DNA of 64,000 nt from Octopus vulgaris (Eukaryota). The DNA lies in the NCBI GenBank assembly GCA_951406725.2, contig OX597833.1:33914001-33978000 (forward strand), written 5' to 3'. Both the position numbers and the translations under genes were made by a program. Below the pieces are notes generated by a model that made no database searches, was not told the origin of the DNA, and saw only the letters and a list, made by a program, of their open reading frames with translations. Positions 54,840-64,000 of this stretch are shown here, in pieces. Position 1 is the stretch's first letter, and each line of letters opens with the position of its first letter.

Positions 54840-56720
54840 ATATATAGTTTTATAAATAGTAATGGTAAGACAACAAAAGAATGAATGAGACCTCGATATT
54901 ATGTAAATAGAGGAATTTATCTGTAATATATGTGACAATTATTCGGCTGCCATAATAAGACTCTGAGTTTCGGATGTCGGGGAGGAAACCTGCTCCGGCA
55001 TCTCGTCAGTTATCGAGGCAATCGAAAAATGCTATGAAAATGACCGTTAAACAAAGGGAAATCACTATGTAATTGACTGTTATTAAGACAAAAGAGCTAT
55101 TAGAATGACCTATAAATAAGGGGAAAAAGTAAAATGTAAACCATGCATGCACACGTATACATATCCACACACGCGCGCACACCCACCCACACACACGTGC
55201 ACATACTCATAGCGCACAATTATATTCAAATACACGTCTAAAGATACGCACATGTTATATATGCATATGCTCACTCACACTCGCGTGAAACACATGCCTG
55301 TGCACCCACATATATGCAATCATATACATGTACATATACATGTACATATATACATACCTGCACACACGCACACATGAAGTACACATATGCATATCCGCAC
55401 ACACACGTGCGCACACACACGCGTGCACAAACCCATACGCGCACAATTATATTCAAATATACGTCTAAAATACGTGCATGCTATATATGCATATGCTCAC
55501 TCACACTCCTGTGAAACACTCGCATGTACACCCACATATATAAGCAACCAAACACATGTACATATACATGTACGTATATACATACCCGCACACACGCACA
55601 CACGCGCGCGCAAAAAAGTTCATATACACGTCTACATACGCACAAGCACAAGAAAAATGCAGAGTGAAAGGTAAAATACAGAAAAAATGTGTAAAAATAT
55701 AAAAAAATATATCTATAAATATGTAAAAAATATTCAAAAATATATAAAAAGTATAGAGAGATAAAAAGCTTGTACGTCGACACAATATGAAAAGCAAGTT
55801 CTATCTGTAATCTCGAGGGGACCAAAAACGTAACAAATATTTAGCCGTGTACGGACATGGCCCCAAAAGTTCAGTTCTCGAATTCAGACATGTAGCGGGG
55901 TCTAATCTGCTTTTCCAGATGAGTCATCTTTCCATATCACAAAGACCGCACTTTCCACTGCCGTTGGTGTAAGGCTTACACTTGGCTAAGATCTTCCAAT
56001 GACACCTTTATCTTTTAAGGACCATATATGACTGGATAATTTGGTCGCTTTCCTTTTATTCCAGTGTCTTAAGCTCAAGGTGTAATTGTTGAACCTGACC
56101 TTAAAATTCCCCTCTGTAAGGCTCACATATTTCTTTGTCGAAACTGTATTCTTAGTGCTTGTAGAGTCTACGGTGGCTTCATAAATGATGGTCTCGGATA
56201 TGCAAGCTCCATTTAGCGGGCACAATTTTTTATCCCTGGATGAACAGCTGGTTTCATTTTGTGGTTTTTGTGTGTGGTTTGTGATTATATTTTTAAAATT
56301 AATAGTTGAGCTGAAACTGATTTTTAAGTTATGTCTATTGAAGAGCTTTCTATAAGTGTGGTTTCATTTTGTGGTTTTTGTGTGTGGTTTGTGATTATAT
56401 TTTTAAAATTAATAGTTGAGCTGAAACTGATTTTTAAGTTATGTCTATTGAAGAGCTTTCTATAAGTGTGGTTGACTGGAAAATGTCTATCAGTGCTAAG
56501 AAATACTTGCCTATAATGAAGGTCACCTCGGGTGAGTGAACCAGATAGTTTTCCTATTCCTATGTTTCCTTTTCTTTATTATTGGACTGGTGGCAGGTGT
56601 ATAGGTTATTTCCTCGCTAGATCCACTATCTTTTAGAGCCTTATTATATACTTGGGCAACGCTATTAAAAATGTCCCTATCGGAGGAGAGGCTAGAAATT
56701 CTTTTGCTAATATATGTTTT
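54840..56720 (-). mobile_element. 5'-truncated PLE: GIY-YIG coding remnant + 3' region with HHR
   Basis: CPLNGACISETIIYEATV...KYVSLTEGNFKVRFNNY...TKLSSHIWSLK; HHR at 54954-55014 on the same strand; ends at (TA)n. Confidence 0.75.
54954..55014 (-). ncRNA. Type I hammerhead motif
   Basis: Minus strand reads GATAA-CTGACGA-GATGCCGG...CCGACATC-c-GAAA-CTCAGAG-TC-TTATT. Confidence 0.75.
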
Positions 56721-57216
56721 TAAACATTATAGATTTATATATATATAAAACATACATTAGCAAAAGAATTTCTAGCCTCTCCTCCGATAGGGACATTTTT
56801 AATAGCGTTGCCCATGTATATAATAAGGCTCTAAAAGATAGTGGATCTAGCGAGGAAATAACCTATACACCTGCCACCAGTCCAATAATAAAGAAAAGGA
56901 AACATAGGAATAGGAAAACTATCTGGTTCACACACCCCACTCACCCGAGGCGACCTTCAATACTCTTTATCTTTTATTAAACTTTTAATACTTTTGATAT
57001 ATATTTAAAATAATATAAATTAATTAATTTTATGTATTGGCTTATGTTTTTCATTGTTTGATTTGCTTAATAGTGGTTTTATCTCTAATTTATATATATA
57101 TATATATTCAATGGCAGCATGTGAATGTGTGCGTCAGCATGTGTGTCTTTGGATTCTATTCAATTACATCCCAATGTTTGGGAGTGTTCTTTATAGACTC
57201 ACTGGTATTGTGTGTA

Positions 57217-57271
<55 letters not shown>

Positions 57272-57469
57272 TAGTGTGTTCGTCTTTGGATTTTGTTCTA
57301 AAAATAGCTAGAATTTAAACTTTGACCATAGTGGACAATGGCTAGTTGTACTGAGGATTTTAGGTCATACTACTATTCCCCTCAGATTTAGATTGGTTTT
57401 TGAAAAAGTGGATAGTTGTCGCTCTACTCCCCACCTGCTTGTCAAAACAACAAAGAAAATATTTTAATA

Positions 57470-57734
57470 TTTGTAAGCCTAGTACTTATTCTTTCGGTCT
57501 TTTTGCCGAACCGCTATGTTACGGGGACGTAAACACACCACGATCGGTTGTCAATCAACGTTCGAGGAACAAACACAGACACGCAAACATATATACACAC
57601 ATACATACACATTCAGGCGGCTTTGGTCGGCCCTAGGCTATAACAGAAGACACTTGTCAAAGGTGCCACGCAGTGGGACTGAATCCGGAACCATTTGGTT
57701 GGTAAACAAGCTACTTACCACACAGCCACTCCTG

Positions 57735-57736
<2 letters not shown>
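57470..57736 (-). mobile_element. SINE family 1, partial
   Basis: AAGCCTAGTACTTATTC...CTTACCACACAGCCACTCCTGC. Confidence 0.8.
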
Positions 57737-57816
<80 letters not shown>

Positions 57817-57984
57817 AAATATATATATATATATTTCTCTCTCTGTGTATCTTTCTGTTGAAGAGCGTAGGCTCGAAACGTTAAAGACTTGTTTTATTTA
57901 TATTTCCTGAGCGCCATACTAATACAATTGTTCGTTTGTTTTCCACCTGCCTTCGTCTTTTGTTTATTTTCATAAAGCTTCCCG

Positions 57985-58045
<61 letters not shown>

Positions 58046-58125
58046 ATATAATTAGGGCTTAGTAACCTTTTACATACTGAACACTTGGTGAAATTGATTA
58101 ATTAATTAATTTTACCCTCAATTGT

Positions 58126-58209
<84 letters not shown>

Positions 58210-58212
<3 letters not shown>

Positions 58213-59110
58213 TTTGATCACTTTGACCGACCAGTCCGTCAGGCGTCCATTTGACACCGCTGGTCACAGCACGCTGTCCACTCCTCTCTGGATCGCGCCT
58301 TTCTCATCCACGTGATCCAAATCGTCCTCTTGAAATCGTCACTCCACCGTCGTGGAGGTCTTCCGGGTGGTCTTTTCCGCTGATGCGGGTACCACTCGAC
58401 AAATGCGTGCGTCCACCGATTATCACATCACCCATACGAGTGCCGGTCGAGAAGGGAGTGAAGCAAGGAGATACAATCTCCCCAAAACTTTTCACTGCAT
58501 GTCTCGAACAGATCATCAGAGGCATCGAATGGCAAGGTGGTGTCAACATCAATGGCGAGCTCCTCACTCACCTCCGTTTCGCTGACGACATCGTACTCAT
58601 CGCTGAAAACATGGATCAGCTTCAGACCATGCTGACGGAGTTCGACATCAAAAGTTCTGCAGTAGGTCTCAAGATGAACCGCAAGTTCATGCGGTCAGAC
58701 AACGTACCAACAGGTCGAATGGTGATCGGCAGTGATGAAATAGAGGAGGTGAGAGAATATGTCTACCTGGGACAAGAAGTAAATATGTGCCGGGATATCA
58801 AAAAGGAGATCTCACGGAGAGTAAGGGCCGGATGGAAGGCGTTCAATGGCATAAGGGATGTGTTCAAGGGAAGGTTGGACAGGACCACCCGCGCCAACCT
58901 CATTAACAGTGCAGTTCTGCCTGCAATGTTATATGGCAGTGAAACATGGGCTACCACAAAGAGAGAAGAGCAAAGACTGATAACGGCTCAAAGAGCCATG
59001 GAAAGGTCAATGCTTGGTATCTCGTTGAGAGAGCACATAAATAGCAACATCATCAGAAAGAAGTCTGGCGTGAGAGATGTCATCGCAGAGTATACTCGCA
59101 GCAAGTATAG
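58210..59110. mobile_element. RTE-clade LINE with 5' inversion
   Basis: 58403-59110 (+) encodes RT (KGVKQGDTISPKLF, HLRFADD, LYGSETW). 58210-58402 (-) encodes the C-terminus EWYPHQRKRPPGRPPRRWSD..* plus the 3' end. Confidence 0.85.
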
Positions 59111-59170
59111 ATAATCGGTGGACGATAATAATCGATAATCGATAATCGATATATATATATATATATATAT

Positions 59171-59500
59171 ACTTGCCATTTGAATATGGCTAGCCCCTAA
59201 GGGTGGCTGCTATTGTAGTTTGTAGACCCAGGAAGACACCTCCTCCAGCTGGCTATAGACACACTTTCTGTGCCCTATCAGTATTTGTGAAGGGAAGTCA
59301 TCCTTCCCGTCTTCAACTCATGATATACACGGACTCGAGTTTCAAGTTATTGACCTATCATCGGCGTGTGACTTCCCTTCACAAATACTGATAGGGCACA
59401 GAAAGTGTGTCTATAGCCAGCTGGAGGAGGTTTCTTCCTGGGGCTACAAACTACAGTAGCATCCACCCTTAGGGGTTAGTCATATTCAAATGGCAAATAT
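59171..59500. repeat. Fold-back with central HHR (59327-59369, minus)
   Basis: Arms 59171-59300 / 59369-59500. Minus strand reads ACACG-CCGATGA-t-AGGT(caata)ACTT-GAAA-CTCGAG-TC-CGTGT. Confidence 0.75.
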
Positions 59501-59555
59501 ACGTCACGATGTGTTGCCGCTACTGTTTATAACTCGCTCTGAGATTTATCATTGT

Positions 59556-59634
<79 letters not shown>

Positions 59635-59880
59635 CATATATATATATATATGTACATATATATATATATATATATGTACATATATATATATATATATGTA
59701 CATATATATATATATATATATATGTAGTAGTAACAGAAAAGAGGAATTTCGATTATCCCCACATGGTGAGTTGTAATGTATATAAGAAATTAAAAAATGA
59801 AAACGCGTGAATTTCATCACACACAACATGGACAGAATTTCTTCTTAAGAAAAAATTCATATTCAAATAAGTAAAACATA

Positions 59881-59915
59881 ATATCATGAATAGCGACAGC
59901 GAAACCGGTCGATAT
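59881..59915 (+). ncRNA. Minimal type I hammerhead motif with A3-U8 swapped core
   Basis: ATATC-ATGAATA-GC(gaca)GC-GAAA-CCGG-TC-GATAT. Confidence 0.6.
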
Positions 59916-59982
59916 ATTAAAAATTATATTAAAACTATGTAAGTGTGCGTATTTTCCTTTTTTAATTTCTAATATATATATA

Positions 59983-60183
59983 TTCTTTTACTTGTATCAG
60001 TATTTTGACTGCGACCATGCTGGAGCACCACCTTTAGTCGAGCAAATCGATCCTGGGACTTATTCTTTGTAAGCCCAGTACTTATTCTATCGGTCTCTTT
60101 TGCCGAACCGCTAAGTGACGGGGACGTAAACACACCAGCATCGGTTGTCAAGCAATGCTAGGGAGACAAACACAGACACACAA

Positions 60184-60218
<35 letters not shown>

Positions 60219-60387
60219 CATATATACGATAGGCTTCTTTCAGTTTCCGTCTACCAAATCCACTCACAAGGCATTGGTCGGCCCGGGGCTATAGCAGAAG
60301 ACACTTGCCCAAGATGACACGCAGTGGGACTGAACCCGGAGCCATGTGGTTGGTTAGCAAGCTACTTACCACACAGCCACTCCTGCA

Positions 60388-60390
<3 letters not shown>
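59983..60390 (-). mobile_element. SINE family 1, full length
   Basis: Reverse complement of 36821-37200. Confidence 0.9.
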
Positions 60391-60449
<59 letters not shown>

Positions 60450-60450
<1 letters not shown>

Positions 60451-60972
60451 GGTTTAAGTAATTGAGATTCAAGTGGGTTCTAATGAATTCACATGAATAT
60501 GGTCCTTAACTAGGATGCACCAGAAATCTATATGGTGTTAACCATACGACAAAGTGGGGTGATTACAAATAGGAAAAAAGCAACAAGAATGGATCAATAT
60601 ATCGGTACAATTGTTTCGTACGAGGACATCTTTAATAAAGCTACAAAAATTGCAGTAAATATAAGTGGCCGTACTCATCAGCCGAAAAAACATCAGAGAT
60701 TCCCAAACATCAAAGGGGGTAATGTTACACTTATGAAACATCATGGAAAATTCTATAAAAATGAGAATTTAGATAACATATTGGTTTCTAAGAGTTCAAT
60801 TGAACTCTTAGAAACATTACCCCCTTTGATGTTTGGGAATCTCTGATGTTTTTTCGGCTGATGAGAACGAGCCACCTATATTTACTGCAATTTTTGTAGC
60901 TTTATTAAAGATGTCCTCGTACGAAACAATTGTACCGATATATTGATCCATTCTTGTTGCTTTTTTCCTATT

Positions 60973-60973
<1 letters not shown>
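60450..60973. repeat. Head-to-head fold-back with two HHRs (60602-60685 -, 60854-60938 +)
   Basis: Arms 60567-60726 / 60813-60973. TCGG-CTGATGA-GAACGAG...CTCGTAC-GAAA-CAATTG-TA-CCGA. (TA)n on both sides. Confidence 0.8.
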
Positions 60974-61061
<88 letters not shown>

Positions 61062-62304
61062 TAATAAATCTTAGGGTAGTAAAAAGAAATTTTAGAAAAA
61101 GTCTTTGCTACCAGTGGTCTAGCGAGAAGGAAAAATTAGTCAATAGACTATGCATAGTCCAGGAAAGATAGAGTAAACATTTTATTTCTCATTCCCTTTC
61201 AGAATTACAACTATTAGTGGTTTGGAGTTTAAATGCTCTTTCTAGTGAGTCAGATGTCCTATTATTTGTGTTTAAATGTACACTGTATTTTTATATATAT
61301 ATATATATATAATGAGATTCAAAAATTGCACAAAAGGTTGACAAAAGAACAAATGGAAAAGTCACACGCAAGACGTGAACATGCTCTTCCTTCAACAGTT
61401 ATTGTCCATAACAATTACACCACGCATACATACACACATGTACACGCATACACAAACACACATTCATATGTATAAGTGTGTGTGTGTGTGGAAGGTCATG
61501 TTTAGAAGTTTTCATGTCTGTATTCTGTTGGTGGGAGAGTTACTGACGCTACTAACGTTTTTGTTTGAGAAAAAAAGAACAGTAATACTTTGATTCTAGT
61601 CCATAGAAGCTACGTGTCATCGGAGGAAGAAAAATAGGTAAATAGGTGAGAAAACGAGAGAGAAGGTAGGGAGAGAGAGAGAGGAAGAGAGAAGGAGAGA
61701 GGGATGGAGAGAGTGTCAATGAAATAGAAAAAGAATAAACGGGTTAAGAGAATTTAGGAGAGAATGAGATTGAAGAGAATAAAAGCAATAAAAGATGTGT
61801 GGGTTATAATGGGAAGTAAATGTCAAGTTAAAGGAAAATAGATGTTAATGTCTCCTAGGCTAATAATCTCACCAAAAGCTTGTAAACAATAATATTCACA
61901 TACAGAAGAGAAGCATAGGCACATCCATTTTCCCACATATTCACAACAAAGCTGTGCATTGTTCTCACTTTTTCGCACGCATAAAAATATTAATATTAAG
62001 ATAAAAATGATATTTAAAATAATATAAAAATAAAGGTTAATGCACTGGTATAACGCTAAAAGTGCAAGAAGGTTATAGCCACGGAAATGAGGATTGGCTG
62101 CAGACAGTGTTTCAATCGAGCCGGTACATGTATAAAAGAATAACAGTATACATAGACAAAAAACTGGTATCTGGTCAGATTATGGCATCTTCATATTTTT
62201 ATATTGATATATCCTGAGGGTAGAGAGGAATGTTTCAGGAGTTTTGATCGCAAGAGATCAATAAAAGACCGGTTGAGGAATGTTCCTAATGGTTGTGATC
62301 TATG

Positions 62305-62709
62305 GTGGTATTCCTCCGGAAGAGTTATAAGATAAGTCCGTATTATCGATATTAGCTAGCAGATTAAGGTCGGTCATCATAGATGAAAATCCAAAGCTAG
62401 GTGAGAAGGAAGGAGGTGTGTATATATCCCTTACAGCTGCTTCAAAAATAGATACACAATTGTAATTCGTTGCTAGCAGTCATCAGCCGGCATTTTAGCG
62501 GCAATCTCATGAAAAATGCTGGCTGCGGACTGTTTGCAGGGTATTGAACTAACCGTGCATCTGTTCTTGAAACAGCTGTAAGGGCTGCATGCACTACTTC
62601 TTCCTTCTTATCATCCAGCTTGGATTTTACCTATGATGACCTACCTTAATCTACTAGCTAATATCAATAATACGGACTTACATTATAACATTTCCGGAGG
62701 AATACTAAT
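62305..62709. repeat. Old diverged fold-back with partial HHR motif
   Basis: Inverted arms centred near 62500; GAAACAGCTGTAAGG on the right arm; CTGATGA on the minus strand of the left arm. Confidence 0.55.
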
Positions 62710-64000
62710 TGTAGAGGCAAAAGCAGTCAGCGCCATATTGGATGACATCTCGCGACAGCCATTGCCATCTCCGAGACTGGAGCAAGACCTCACCTGCATC
62801 CATTTGCCATGCGCGAGATCACAACGAGGCTCGCGGTGGCAAACTGTATATAAGGGCCAAACAGAAACAGATTCATTCTCTCCGCTTCTTCGCAGCAGCG
62901 CTTACTGATCACACTTCACTGGCTGGGCCTGTCTGCATGTTGTACCTCCAGAGGGAATGTGCCTGCACTAACAGAGATACAACATGTCGCACCCAGCTTG
63001 AGATGGTTGCTGAGAGCAACACACTTCTCCTCTGCTGTGAAACTTGTAAATAAACCGGTTGTAAATTGCATTTGTGCTTAAAGACTTTTTTCTTCGCCTG
63101 CCGGAGCCAGAACTACACGAAGAACAAGATATAATGGGAGAAGGCGATATTCTCCCGATATCGTAAACCTTGCCTTCCATTATAAAATCGTGACCCCGTC
63201 GTAGAAAAGGTTTTTCGGCAGCCGCAAGCTTTATCGTATAGATGCTTCAACTGAATCACAGACTGCCGGTTTTTACTCGCTTCCAACTGATAAACACATG
63301 AATGACCACAATTCCAGCCGTCCATCAACTTCTGGCAAGCCGCCCATCAACTTCCAGCCATCGTTCCTGCCGCCAAATTTGAATTGCCCCACGTGGAAAC
63401 AGAATTTTACCGGTCGCATGCCATTTTCTGGCGACTTTTTCAACTGACAACAAAAAACTACAAAAAAAATTTTGGGGGGTACAAGCATACACATACAATT
63501 ACAGTGTTTTTTGGCATTTTTTTTAAATTTTCTTTCAGCACAAATACAGGTTTAGCGACGAAAGTTTTCTTGTCTGTGCATACAGCACACAATTCTATAA
63601 ATTTTGCTCGGAATTTTTTTTCTTCTCGCACACACGCTATTATTTCCAACACTTTTTGTCGGTCTTTTGGTCCATTTCTTTTCTCCTCTAACAGAAAAAA
63701 AAAACAAAAAATGAGTTTACCTAATCTTCCATCTTTCACTAGTGCCGTCACGCTTTGGTTCGCTCAGTTGAAGGCGCATTTTGCGGCACATGCTGTACCT
63801 TGGCAGCGACAATTAAATCTTCTCTTTTGTAGCATTCCTGAATCACTCGCTACTTTAGTCAGGGATCCCATCACTGATCCTCGTCCGGATGCGACTGATG
63901 ATGTAGTCAAATCCGAGGTTCTCCGACGGAACACTAAATCTGCGGTGTCTAAGTTTAAACAGCTAATGCAAGATGAGGATTAGGAGACAGGACGCCGTCT
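62710..64000 (+). mobile_element. Gypsy-type LTR retrotransposon 5' part (LTR, PBS-like site, gag)
   Basis: TGT start at 62710; PBS-like TCGTGACCCCG at ~63188; gag from 63711 LPSF...LWFAQLKAHF...VRD.I.DP...LMQDED*GDRTPS, with an in-frame stop. Confidence 0.7.

Noticed and set aside
55986-56250. Selenocysteine (UGA) recoding in the PLE endonuclease
   Set aside because: The visible cysteine positions use TGT/TGC; no UGA at conserved Cys sites was seen.
60532-60846. 104-aa ORF
   Set aside because: It runs antisense across an HHR fold-back arm and its junction and has no protein motifs.

Overview
AT-rich, microsatellite-dense eukaryotic DNA. The two tRNA-headed SINE families and the overall repeat landscape look like an octopus/coleoid cephalopod genome (inference). 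It is not prokaryotic, and most ORFs in the supplied track are translated simple repeats. The only host-gene signal I can support is two phase-compatible spliced exons (19847-20091, 26090-26397) encoding one von Willebrand factor D domain. The rest is decayed mobile DNA: Penelope-like elements (PLEs), RTE, CR1-like, RLE-type and L1/Tx1 LINEs, mariner, Tc1, Chapaev-like and Helitron remnants, a Gypsy LTR/gag start and many SINEs. Three observations stand out. (1) About 22 minimal type I hammerhead ribozyme (HHR) motifs from about 11 unrelated repeat families, found by eye. They include 493-bp and 364-bp non-coding tandem units (retrozyme/PLE pseudo-LTR-like) and cores with compensatory G3-C8 and A3-U8 swaps. 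(2) Most HHR elements form fold-back inverted structures, usually anchored in (TA)n. (3) Three L1/Tx1-type elements are stacked at one 12-bp site just upstream of a mariner transposase ATG, two of them ORF1-only. All structures were derived manually; no ribozyme activity or database match has been tested.
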